A stretch of 51,750 bases of DNA from Octopus bimaculoides. Its lineage: Eukaryota. The DNA is taken from NCBI RefSeq assembly GCF_001194135.2, contig NC_068984.1, positions 88,744,450-88,796,199 on the forward strand, given 5' to 3'. Below the pieces are notes generated by a model. The model was not told the DNA's origin and did no database searches. It worked only from the letters and a program-made list of their open reading frames with translations. The first letter of the stretch is position 1; each line of letters begins with the position of its first letter. Both the position numbers and the translations under genes were made by a program. Positions 1-12,294 of this stretch are shown here, in pieces.

Positions 1-122
1 TTTTAGCTGTTGAGAGATGTAATTTAATAATTAAAACAAAAATCAAAATCTAAATTTTGGAACATATTTTGCATTTACCTATTAGGAAGATTTTGAAAAT
101 TTACTGAAATAATAAAGCTTAA

Positions 123-170
<48 letters not shown>

Positions 171-299
171 CCCTTTGTTTTGAGGTCATCATTGGTTACT
201 CGCATTGGAAACAGGAATTCATCTAGACAATAACACTTATTTTTCAGTCTATTTCTCTATATACCTTCATACACACACATACACGCATGCATGCATACA

Positions 300-752
300 T
301 ACATACATACATACATACATACATACATACACACATCTACATACATACATATATACATACATACATGTTTTTACTTTTCTTTGTCACTTCCCTGGCACTA
401 TACTGCTCTTGGAGACGCAACTAGAGAGAATAAAACTTTTTTGTTTATTTCTTTTTATCGCTATATATATATTCACACACACAAACACAAACGCACCTAC
501 ATACATACATACATGTTTTTTTGTTTTTCCTTTTCTTTGTCGTTTCACTGGCACCATCCTTTTTTAGGGGACTGGTGTAGAGACAAAACTTTTTTCTCGG
601 TCTATTTCGTTTTATCGGCCCTATCTGCATGGCAAAATACAAAAAGAAAAATATTGACAGAATGAAAAAATGAAGTTGATCAGAGGGGCCCCATCAGGTA
701 TTAGGGGCCCCGAAGCTTAAGCTTCATTAGTTTCATAGTAGATCCGCCACTG
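300..752 (-). mobile_element. hAT-like DNA transposon terminal segment (copy 1)
   Basis: Ends in gatccgccactg (minus: CAGTGGCGGATC) at 741-752 with subterminal ggggcccc palindromes; clearly homologous to 50235-50663 in the same orientation. Left boundary uncertain. Confidence 0.55.
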
Positions 753-1329
753 CTCAGATGATGTAATTTTAAATACACAGAATCGAAATGAAATCAAGGA
801 GTGAATTGAAGATATTTGATTGTTAAATCAAGTAGGTCAAGTGACTACGAAGGAGCTCACTCGCTGGATCATATAAAGTTGGTTTTCTTGTCATTCTTGA
901 ATCTTCACATTTAAAGTTTATCAAATTCTCTTTGCAAGACAAGACCTTCCATTATGTTGTCTTGTTACATGTTTACATAAAAGTTGTTACTCAACTCAGA
1001 GGTACCAGGTGGTGTGAAGATTTACAAAGCAGTTACAAAGCTGTTGACCGTTATTTCTTCAAAACACCTTTTACTGAACGTGGATGTTATCTCACTAAGT
1101 ATCATCAATTATTTCCGAACTGTTCTTATTTTCCATATCTCAACTCTATCAACTTCACTCGTCATTTCTAAAATCTACTGTTATAAATTGGAATGAGAGA
1201 TTCTTCCCAAGTTTCTTTTGATTTTTTAGACAATTAAAGGGAAAATAATTCATTGAATATAAAGAGTAATATTGTTTATTCTCTCTCTCTTTCTCTCTCT
1301 CTCTCTCGCTCTCTCGCTCTCTTCGAGGA

Positions 1330-1550
1330 AGACATAGATTGATAGAGAAAGAGAGAGACAGACAGACAGGCAGACAGGCAAGCAAATAGATACAGACACA
1401 GACAGACAGACAGACAGACAGACAGGCAAACAAATAGATACAGCCAGAGACAGACAGAGACAGACAGAGACAGACAGACAGACGGGCAAGCAAATAGATA
1501 CAGACACAGACAGACACACAAACAGACAGACAGACAGATGGAACAATATA
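1330..1550. repeat. Compound (GACA)n minisatellite
   Basis: Recurring unit caaatagatacag followed by (acag)n, about 3 times. Confidence 0.85.
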
Positions 1551-1588
1551 GGATATTTTGTGAAATCTAACACCACTATATACGATAA

Positions 1589-1802
1589 GGCGTCGAGCTG
1601 GCAAAATCGTTACTGCGCCGGACAAAGTGTCAAGCAACATTTCTTCTTACTTTACGTTTTGGGTTTAAATTCCGCTGAGGTCAGTTTTGCCTTCCGTCGT
1701 TTCGGGATCGATAAAGTAGGTACCAGTTGACCACTGGGGTTGATATAATCGACTTGCTCCCTCCCACAAAATTCCAGGTCATTTGGCTATAGTAAAAATA
1801 AT
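1589..1802 (+). mobile_element. tRNA-derived SINE family B (diverged)
   Basis: Head ggcgtcgagctggcaaaatcgtta, B-box-like gggtttaaattcc, central domain ttttgccttccgtcgtttcgggatcgataaagtaggtaccag shared with other copies in the window. Confidence 0.85.
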
Positions 1803-3087
1803 TATATAAGATACTGTCCGCCTGCTGATATATGCAGTCCTTTTTTCCAGCTGAGTGTTAAACTACTTCAGGAATTATAAAACATATTAAATCGGATATC
1901 TAAGTGTTGATAAATTATTTGTTGCATGAAGACACATAGCACATTTTTGTGTCGGGTAATTTTACATATGTATGGTCTGCCAAGTGAACAAATATTGAAT
2001 GTCTAGTAAGCTCTTGGAATTCAAAAATGCATGAGTAGATTCCTATAAATTTGAGTTATGAGAACACATGGCACGTAAATATATTCTTTTCATCTGTTTA
2101 GATATTATCGTAGATAAAGCATGCTATGGAGTGGAATCGAAACAGTGAAATGCCAATCAAACAAAGCATTGATAAGGAAATAAAAACAACTAAAGCCAAA
2201 CCAAAACAACTACGACATATATGAGGAATTCTTGAATAAATAAGTTGACCTAACCAAATTATCTGGAGCGTGGAATGACGACTACATATGACATGAAGAA
2301 CAAACTCACAAGTGCTTAACTGGTGAAATTCAAATCAGTAAGAGGAAAGGCATTTTCATATGTTTATCTATGGAAACGTGAGTATACATACATACATGCA
2401 TACATACATACATACATACATACATACATACGTACATACATACGTACATACGTACATACATACACACGTACGTATGTGTGCTATGTACGTGTGTAGAAGA
2501 GAGACAGAAAGCACGCACATATACACACAAACACAGACGCAAGTAAATGCTCATCCATATATAAAAAGTATGTCTACTTGTATATAAGCAACCAAATAAA
2601 TACCCACTTGCACTCACACGCATATGTTTGTGCGTATGTGCGCTGCGTGCGTGTGTGCGTGTGTATGTGTGTGTTTTCCTGATTATAGTTTATCACCGAA
2701 CTAGTGGCAAGGCTTTAAATAAACGTTCAAAGAAGTCCTTTTCGTAATCCTTTGTGCAACTACTCCCTTTAAATTTTAAGGTCTCCAAGATATCGTGACG
2801 ATCGTGGAATTACAATCTTTCTCTTAAGAATTTAACATCAGCCAGATTTTGAATTAAGTAGGGAATTTAAATGGTGAAAACAGATAAAATTATTAGAAAA
2901 TCTTTGAAATGATTTCCGTTTTCTATGCATCTATATTTAAGAAATCTACATTATTCAGTTGCTGTCCCTGTGTCTACTTGGACCTTTGAAAACGAGAAAA
3001 ACATTTTTCTAAATACAACTGTATGTGATCTTTAGCGTCAGCGAAATTACAGACCGAATATTTTATAAAATATATATGTAATATATA

Positions 3088-3232
3088 GGCGCAGGCGTAG
3101 CTGTGTGGTAAGAAGGTTGCTTCTCAACCACATGGTTCCGTGGCATCTTGGGCAAGTGTCTTCTACTATAGCTTTGGGCTTACCAAATTTTGTGAGTGAT
3201 TTTGGTTGACGGAAACTGAGAGAAGAACGTCG

Positions 3233-3298
<66 letters not shown>

Positions 3299-3573
3299 CA
3301 TGTGTGTATGTATATATATATATATATATTTATGTGTGTATGTGTGTGTGTGTGTGTGTGTGGCTTTGTGCCTGTTTTTGTCCCCCCACCATTACTTGAA
3401 AACCGATGCTGGTGTGTTTACATCTCCGTAACTTAGCGGTTCGGCAAAATATTTCGATAGAATATGTACTAGGTTTACAAAGAATAGGTCCTGGGGTCGA
3501 TTGCTTCGATTAAAAGTCCTTTAAAACGGTGCTCCAGCATGGCCCCAGACAAAATGACTGAAACAAGTAAAAT
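3088..3573 (+). mobile_element. tRNA-derived CORE-like SINE family A with internal (CA)/(TA)/(TG) microsatellite
   Basis: Head ggcgcaggcgtagctgtgtggtaag, CORE-like tggcatcttgggcaagtgtcttctac, tail ccagcatggccccagac..tgactgaaacaagtaaaa; homologous to 13485-13820 and 31831-32196. Confidence 0.9.
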
Positions 3574-4204
3574 AGTAGCGAAAAGCTACAGAATGCCTAA
3601 GCTAAGGTTCGAAACGAAATCCACATTTTTCTACATTGTCAAACAAGTCCTCGATCTATTATCTCGGTCTTTTTGTACTCAGTGATTAATGGGAATGAGC
3701 TGATTTTTTTTTTATCTTTCTCGGGGCATTCTTCGCTCAATTCTGATTAAGTACGAAAAACCCTATTGTTCTAGCAAGTTATTAAAACATACAAATAGCT
3801 ATCTTCCTCTCTTTGGCCAATTGTCTGTGGATAGAGAGAACAACCCTGTCAGTGTGCTGATTAACGCGTGCAAAAGTAGACCTCTTAATGTATCCTTTAG
3901 CAGCACAGTGAGGAAACTAGATCCCATACACATTGACCATGGAATGTGTATGTGCGTGTGTGTGAAGGTGCTTGGTTTAGTAGTTAAAGTGTTAGAATCA
4001 TTGTCATGAGGTCTTGGGTTTGATTTCCTGGATGAGCATCGACTTGAACCCTTGAGGAAGGCACATTTCGGTGACCAAGAGGCAACTGGTGCAGCACTCT
4101 CTCCCTTCCGTTGTCTCACCTTCCATGTTCCGTAGGGCCAAATGTGGGAGCGCTGAAATGGTGTCTATACCTGCCCGCGACTACATAAGCACTTAAACAA
4201 TTAG

Positions 4205-4314
4205 CGAAAATTTGGTACAAATTATCGGGTCATACTCGCTTGCGAGTGATGGAATATATACATATTCCGTCACTCATAAGCGAGTATGACCCGGTAATTT
4301 GTACCAAATTTTCG
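4205..4314. repeat. Near-perfect 110-bp inverted repeat (hairpin)
   Basis: Arms of ~53 bp (cgaaaatttggtacaaatta...ggaatat / atattcc...taatttgtaccaaattttcg), 4 mismatches, ~4-nt loop. Confidence 0.95.
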
Positions 4315-4325
4315 AATACATACAT

Positions 4326-4386
<61 letters not shown>

Positions 4387-5146
4387 CATACATACATACA
4401 TACATACATACATACATACATACATGCATGCATACATATATATACATATATAACACAGACACGCACGCACAAACACACACACTTGTATATATATACATAT
4501 GCATACTTAAATATATATAAATGTATTATGTATGCAATGTATGTATATATTCATGTAGACACACACATATATACATACCATACTTAATTATAGTCGACTG
4601 ACACTTTCACCAAAGAATAGAATGTTCTGATAATTCATCTGTGGAATTTGAATAATTTTTTCCTTCAAATAAAATGACACGCAAAGAAAGATTACATTAT
4701 TGCAAGAAAATATCGACTAAACTAAATTCTTCGACCTTTGACCTCTTAGTTTGTCGTTTTGTCTTCGTACAAAAAGTTTTTCGTTTTCCTTTTTTCTTAT
4801 TCTTGTTCTTAACTTTCTGCCTAGTTTGTTCTTTGTTTATTTCTTTTTAAAGCGTTTAACATGCCGACGAAGAGAGAATGGAAAAGAGGGGGAAATTATT
4901 AGAAAACCTTTGTCTTGAAACGATATCAGTTACTGTATGTCTATGTAAGATATCTATAATATTCTGCTACTATCTTTATTTCCAATGCTATAACTATGGA
5001 AGGAAATCGAAGACATAATGTATTATGCCCGTGTGTGTGTGTGTGTGTGTTTGTGTGTTTGCGCGAGCACGCGCGCGCGTAATACTTTTGCCTATGTACA
5101 CGCATAAATGTAATTCATTTCCAAATAAATTGCACTTCATATTCTA

Positions 5147-5227
5147 AGCTCCGATGAAGCTATAAGGTGTTACTCAGACACTCAACTGTTAGTTCACTGC
5201 ATCCTATAACAGAAACAGCTGTAAGCT
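5147..5227 (+). ncRNA. Degenerate minimal type I hammerhead ribozyme motif (Penelope pLTR type)
   Basis: agct|CCGATGA ... cctataac a GAAAC AGCT GTA|agct: stem I agct/agct, palindromic stem III ACAGCTGT, GUA cleavage triplet; U4 mutated to C and stem II partly decayed. Confidence 0.55.
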
Positions 5228-5343
5228 AATGAAGTTCATAAGATAATCGTTTAATCCTTTGTCATCTCATTTTCTGATATATATATAATACTTAAATAGT
5301 GGAGGAGATATTATGTTGCCGTGGGCTCGAACTCTGCAAGAAG

Positions 5344-5444
5344 TTAAAAAATTTTTTGACTAAAACACAACTGGAACCCTAAGTAAGGCATCTGTAAAAT
5401 TTGAATGAAATTGGTTGCGTAGTTCTCGAGTTTTAGGGATTCAC

Positions 5445-5475
<31 letters not shown>

Positions 5476-5500
5476 CACATTCTCATTTTTATATATATAG
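5344..5500 (+). mobile_element. Possible non-autonomous Helitron/Helentron-like 3' segment
   Basis: aaaatttgaatgaaattggttgcgtagttctcgag + (acag)n + tttatatatatagat architecture resembles Lep1-type elements; resemblance only. Confidence 0.3.
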
Positions 5501-5534
<34 letters not shown>

Positions 5535-5636
5535 CAGACAAAAATAACAGAAGATGAATAAATGTTAGTTCATTACAGTTATCTCTTGTGCATTTTTTAT
5601 TTGATGAATGAGTACATTACATCATAGTAAAAAGAC

Positions 5637-5761
5637 CGTATTCATCAGATGATCCATATAATTTCAAAGCAGTGGAAGAAGAATCCCTGCGCACTGTAGG
5701 AACACGTCTATTCGCCTGACGAAGCTGGCCTTGAATTTATATGGATCATCTAATGAATACG
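5637..5761. repeat. Inverted repeat with 34-bp arms (MITE-like)
   Basis: 5637-5670 vs reverse complement of 5728-5761: 31/34 identical; 57-bp spacer. Confidence 0.85.
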
Positions 5762-8376
5762 CTTTTACTATGATGTAATGTACTCACTCACCAAATAAAA
5801 AATGCTTAAGAAACACTTGTAAGGAACTGACATTGATCCATCGTCTATTATTTTTCTTTGCTGATGATGCACCAAAGGGATTCGCAACCCGTCGAACTTC
5901 CTAGAATATACCAAACACCGTGCAATCTACACAACGCGAGATTTGGACCACCCCTAGGCGCTAAATACGCGTAGCGGTGGATTTTCTCTGTGTATAGCCT
6001 AAATATCTCACTGGAATACTTCAGTACCCAGTATATGGATCCGACTAAAGGTGGTGCTTACAGGTTAAATCAACCCAACCTGGTGCATACCATTTAAGTA
6101 CCCGATTCTCTGCAGAATCCTTTATATATACATACATACATACACACACACATATATATATATCCCTTTTTGCTCTGTCGCTCTCTCTCTCTCTCTCTTA
6201 CTGTCTTCCTCCTCTGACTGCTGCTGTCACGTGAACCGTGGCCAGTTCCGCTTTTCCTTCCTTTCTTACATTTGTCCCGTAGCTGACCAGTCACAAATTC
6301 TCTCTCTCTCCGTTGTCCATCCTTCAAGACACTTTCTAAGCGTTACCAACTATTCTCGTTTCTTTGGCCTCCAAAGCCGTATTTTGTTCGACTGTTCGTC
6401 CTTGTCTACCGTCCTAAATCAAACTTGTGTCGTTTGCTTGTTTTTTTTGCTCTCGTCCCTAATTCTCCGCAAGAAAACTTTTTTGTGTGCACCGCCAATT
6501 GGGAAGCATTCAGTTTTATCGTTTAAGGTGCAAAACTGAATATTACCAATTGGTCGATAACTGATAAAGAATTACGGACCTTCTGTATATCTCCCGTGCA
6601 TTACTACATGCAGTATACGTTATATCGTTTGTTTATTTGCCATACATATTTTCATTTATTATATATTATCAGTAATACCTGTCGTTGATCGGGTAATTAC
6701 TTTTACTGTTTCTCGGGAGTCACGTTCGAAGTATTATTATATATATAATTTACTCTCCTTGTATCTGTGTATTTTTGTAAGAGAGAAATATGTAATAATT
6801 GAAGTAGAAAGAAAATCAATTTCATACATAAACTTCTGTTTGCTTATTATATGACAATAATAAGTGAGTTGTATGTGCTATTTTATTTATTAATACAGTA
6901 ATGGCAATTATATAGCGCATACATACAACTGCTTACAATAACAGAGATTACTTTATAATTTCTTCTATGTTCATAATTTTTGGTTTGCAATATTGAAAAA
7001 ATATGCCACCAAAGAAAAGATGTAATTTCTCCAGAACTGGTGTGCGAGGAACGAAGACGGTGTCACATATACCACAACCAGTGAGAAAAATTGCCTCAAT
7101 GCAGTTCCTCATAGGTTTGTGCACAATTAGTGTTGTACCATTGCACAATTTTTGTTGAGACAAATTAGTCAATAGCATAATAGGAAATATTAAAAAGCAT
7201 AATAGATTCCCTTGAACCATTTACTTTCATTTTGGTGGACGAACAAACGAACAAACACGCAAACGGACAGAATCTCTCTCTTATATATATATAAGACATA
7301 AGATAAGATACAAGACAAAATATATGGTAAGATAAGAAGAAAAAGCATAATAGTTTCATGGTTCTCTATAAACCACCAAATTTATATTTTTCACAATAAC
7401 GGTGGAGCTTCCACAAGTATTTCAAAGAACTATCACTAAGCCAAAAAAAAAAAAAAAAAATTACCGTACTAATTAATGATGCTTTTGCAATTGGTATTGT
7501 TGTTTTACTTGTTGCAACTGTTGTTATTTGGCTCCAGCTCGGCCCTCGATGAGCAGTTTTAATATCAAAGGCATTCTATCCGTTATCAATTTGTACTTTG
7601 CTAAGACATTAGTCCATCTAGGTACACATTATCCACTGTGTTCTTTTCTCGGATGATCAATGTGATATGAGAGAGTTTTGGCTGCTATTTTCTTTCTAAC
7701 ATCTTTCTAAACGGTTCGACATGTGGAGGAGTGGTGCCACCACAGGGGACGGTGGAAAGTTAAGTAGAGTTGTAAGCCTTTCAATCATCAAGGATAATGA
7801 TTTCAGTAACAATTTAAGATAGAGGTCCTTGAGGGGGAGATAAGTAACTACTTGTGGTTGGAGGGGTTCGGCGAGTAGTAGAGACAGCAAGTTGGAGCAA
7901 AGAGTAACTAGAAAGTTTTCTTACAAACAACTAGGCAAAAGATGTTCGTAAAAGGAGTAGTTTCTCTGTAAACAGATAATCTGTCGTTTGGAGATAAGAG
8001 TAAAGTGCCAGTCAAATACTAGTAGCTATTGAATCTACTGTACCTATCTTCCCAAAATGTATGGCTTTGTGGCAATGTAAGAAAAACTTACCGCGCATAG
8101 AGTTGTGGGTAAGCCACCACCGGTTTGGAGTCAATGACTACATTTAAACTTATATTTTAAGCATCTATTCCAACTTCATACACGCATGTCACTAAAGCCA
8201 TTGAAATGGCTTGAAGGTCTTACAAAAATTTTCTTAGTACCTGTGTCGGTACCATCAATATTACTGACAGAAAAGGCATATAACAAATGTTAGAAAGCCG
8301 CAGTACATGCTACACACACGCGCGCGTGCGTATGTAGTACATATATATACATATTAATAAATAAATAAATGAATAT

Positions 8377-8431
<55 letters not shown>

Positions 8432-9324
8432 AACATACGTACATGCAAACAAGAAATTAGACTTATGGCTTTATATACATTTTATATACACATTCATTAC
8501 TGAATGCACCATCGTTCAATAAAAACGAAATCCAGATGCAGATGTTTAATGTTGAAATGTCTCATATTTATATAATGATATTGTTTGTTTAAGAAGACAA
8601 CAAAGAAAATAGAGTTTTGAATTCATTTCAGTTCCAAAGAAAGTGAACTGGCAAATATTTACATCTTACTTACTTAATCCTCCACTTTCGAAAAGTCTTC
8701 GCGTTTAATAATAGCAATTCGGATGTGGGAGGAATATAGAAATAGTCGGCAGAGTTTGTAAAAGAATTATTGCTGAGATTTTAGAATTAAATATATGCGA
8801 ATGTGTATGTTTGTAGTTGTTTATGTGTATGTGTGTTTGTGCGTATATTTACTTTCCCAAACTGTATTTCCTCAATATTATATGTAAACATTTTCATGTT
8901 GGGTTATATGCTGAGGCTTAATGTAAACTAGCTGAGTGGACATGGAATTACAAAGCAAGCTGTTCCACTCAGTTTCATTCCAGACACTTTGTTGTGTATC
9001 TAAGCAATATATTTAATTCTATAAACCTCTGTCACGTCATCTGGCAATGCTATTTGCAATAAACAGGTGTCCTATCCAGGGAAAGATTTAACCATACATT
9101 TCATGATATAAAAAAAAAATTAAGTGAAGAACTGATTGTTTAAAAGTCGCTCGATTTTAAGAGAAAAATACCTGAATGAACGAGTAGGGCCCAGGATAAT
9201 TAACCTGGTCGGCATGAATTCGAATTCAATCTCATGTGGTATAAACTTTTAAGTTTATCAAAGTAGCTCAATTTTATATCCCTGCCACGAACCTATGAAC
9301 CTGTTATTATTGAAGTGTGTGTAA

Positions 9325-9491
9325 AGCGGCGAGCTGACAGAATCGTTAGCACGCTGGGCAAAATGTTTAGCGGCATTTCGTCTGTCGTTACGTTCTGAGT
9401 TCAAGTTACAACGAGGTCAATTTTGCCTTTCATCTTATCGGTGTTAATGAAATCAGTACCAGTTGAACACTGGGATCGATGTAATCGACTT
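9325..9491 (+). mobile_element. SINE family B
   Basis: gcggcgagctgacagaatcgttagcacgctgggcaaaatg...gagttcaagtt...ttttgcctttcatc...gtaccagttgaacactggg. Confidence 0.9.
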
Positions 9492-9627
9492 AGAGCCAAA
9501 AATTTTTAACGATTATTGATTTCTGTATGTGTATGTATCTATAGATATGCATTATGATATATATTTTCAACATTAAGTTTCACTCATGCTAATATTAACT
9601 TTCCTGACATCCTAAACATATGTCTAC

Positions 9628-9850
9628 GTGTTTGTGTCTGAGTTTGTCACCCACTCCCGCTTGACAAGCGGTGGTGATGTGTTTATGTCTCTGTAACTTA
9701 GCGGTTCGGCTTAAGACATCGATAGAATAAGTACCAGGCTTTAAAAAAAGTACTGGGTCGGTACATTTGACTAAAAATTCTTCAAGGCAGTGCTCCAGCA
9801 TGGCCGCAGTCTAACGACTGAAATAAATAAACAATAAAGATAAAAGATAT
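9628..9850 (+). mobile_element. SINE family A, 3' half
   Basis: cgcttgacaagcgg..gtaacttagcggttcggc..gatagaataagtaccaggc..ccagcatggccgcagtc, tail (aaagat)n. Confidence 0.9.
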
Positions 9851-10001
9851 ACATACATACAGAGAGTGAGAGAGAGAAAGAGAGAGAGAGAGAGGCGTGA
9901 AGTTTATGAAAATAGCATTAGTGAAATCAAAGATGCTGTCTTCAGTGGCACGATATGACATATTTTCTCAGTAAAAATGTGGTCAAGCGCTTAGCGAAAT
10001 A

Positions 10002-10842
10002 CAGGGTGTTTCAAAAAATTTGATATCATTTGCTAGTTCTTGTTCAAATGACTTCAAGTTTTAACAGCATGTGTAGAAACGGGTCAAAATTTTATGTTTA
10101 ATATTTGATATGTTTATCTTTTCAGGTATAGAAATGGCATTCACCGGAAGAGAAAAGGCGTTTTGTGTATTGGAGTATGCTCGAACACAGTCGAACAAGA
10201 CTGTGCAGTGTACATTTAAGAGAGAATTCTCTAAAAAGTCACCAATGGCAATGCAGATTTAGACATGACACAAAAAATTCAAAGAGGAAGGCTGTCTGTG
10301 CAGGACAAAAGGAACTGGACGACCACTAACATCGGAAGAGACGGTCGAGCAGGTTCGCCAAAAACTCTTGCGAAGCCCCAAGAAGTCCATAAGAAGAACA
10401 CGTCTGGAAACCCAGATTCCTCCAACGGCAGTTTGGCGCGTCCTGAGGAAACGCTTGCTAATGAAACCCTACAAGCTGCAGCTCGTTCAGGCCATAACAG
10501 CAGATGACATGCGAAAGCTCAAACAACGCTGTGTTGATATGCAAGAGAAACTTGAAGAAGCCGAGTTCAAAGAACGTCTTGTTTTCAGTGATGAGGCCAC
10601 ATTTCATACGAATGGCAAAGTCAATAAGCATAATGTTCGCATTTGGAGCGAAGAAAATCCCCATGCCACAGTTGAGCATGAGAAGGACTCACCAATAGTG
10701 AATGCGTTTTGCGCCATCTCCAAGAAGCATCTTCATGGTCCGTTTTGTTTTTTTAAAGGGAAATGTAACCAGCGATGTTTGTCTGTAAATGCTTCAAAAC
10801 TGGCTAATGGATGAGCTCATTGCAAATGAACATGAAGACTTC
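10002..10842 (+). pseudogene. Tc1/mariner (maT/rosa-like) transposon, left TIR plus truncated transposase pseudogene
   Basis: TA|cagggtgtttcaaaaaa terminus; ATG 10134 MAFTGREKAFCVLEYAR..., two in-frame stops (10260, 10266), motifs KPYKLQLVQ, VFSDEATFHTNGKVNKHNVRIWSEENPH, HGPFCF; frameshift ~10750; truncated just before the second catalytic D. Confidence 0.9.
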
Positions 10843-11183
10843 GGAATATTCAGTTGCTCGATCATCTGAACCACATCTTCATTCACACACATACGTATAT
10901 TTCGTTTTTGTATTTGGTTTGCAAGATTCTTTATGTGAATTCGTATGCTGAAGCATATTTTATTGTGTCTGGGGGGAGTCATACTCTTTTAGTGTCTAAT
11001 TATTTAACACCGGTTCGATTTCCACTTATCGCTGACGACTACTGAAAAGGTTGCAAGACGCAACGAAAATTAAAAATAAATAAATAAGTAAATGAGTGGA
11101 AATTGAACCGGTGAGTGTGTTAAATAATAAGGCACTAAAAGAAAATAAATCTCCCCAGACACAACAACAACAACAACAGCAAC

Positions 11184-11250
<67 letters not shown>

Positions 11251-11970
11251 TAAGGTACTCTGACATAAAACTTGCAGTCAAAATAGTACCAGTCATCTTG
11301 CAATGAATGTTACTGGAACCTTCTAAGGTGATCGATAGAGTGGCAAAAGTGCAGCTTTTACTACTTAAATCCATTGACGCGCAGATGTCTTACTATGTGA
11401 GACGACTATCATCTGACAAAATGAGGTAATCATCATATATAAAAGTAAATAGAATCTTTCATTTGGAAGACGAATATTCAGTTGCTCGATCATCTGAACC
11501 ACATCTTCATTCAATTATTGTGTCTGTGGCTGAGTGTTCGCCATTCACGTGTATCCTTAGCGTAATTCTCAAGCAAAACCAGCGTGTGAACCTGGGGCAT
11601 AGTGTGAAAAGGTTGGATATGTAAGTTGCTATATCCATCCATCCATCCATCCATCCATCCATCCATCCATCCATCCATCCAAAGAGATATCCCACATCGA
11701 ATTCTACCTTAGTTTTACTGATAAGGCTTGCGTCGACCAGGTTGTAGTTATTTGAATAAGACAAATGAAAGTATACCAAATTCCATATAAGGTAACTTAT
11801 TGCTCTCCTGTAATTAACTCCCTTTTTAAAGAAGGTAAAATAATCGTCTGGTGGAGACTGGAAATAACTTCAAATGAGAAGGGGTGATAATCTCAAGAAA
11901 TCTCCAAAATGACGCGTCAGAAAGAGAAATAGAGGAAGGAGAGGGAGAAAGAGTGAGGGAGTGAGAGAGA

Positions 11971-12023
<53 letters not shown>

Positions 12024-12134
12024 GAAAGAAAGATAGGGAGAAAGAGAGAGAGAAAGAAAAAATTGAGAAAGAGAGAGAGGAAGAAAGAAAATAAGAGAAA
12101 GTAGCTATACTTATTTACATGTTTGTGTGTGCAT

Positions 12135-12253
12135 NNNNNNNNNNNNNNNNNNNNNNNNNNNNNNNNNNNNNNNNNNNNNNNNNNNNNNNNNNNNNNNNNN
12201 NNNNNNNNNNNNNNNNNNNNNNNNNNNNNNNNNNNNNNNNNNNNNNNNNNNNN
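12135..12253. other. Assembly gap (N run)
   Basis: 119 N between microsatellites. Confidence 1.

Positions 12254-12294
<41 letters not shown>

Noticed and set aside
1330-1550. CRISPR-like repeat-spacer array
   Set aside because: Eukaryotic context; the spacers are (GACA)n runs, not unique sequences.
6160-6900. Solo LTR
   Set aside because: Repeat-like composition, but no TG...CA termini, TSD or PBS could be identified.
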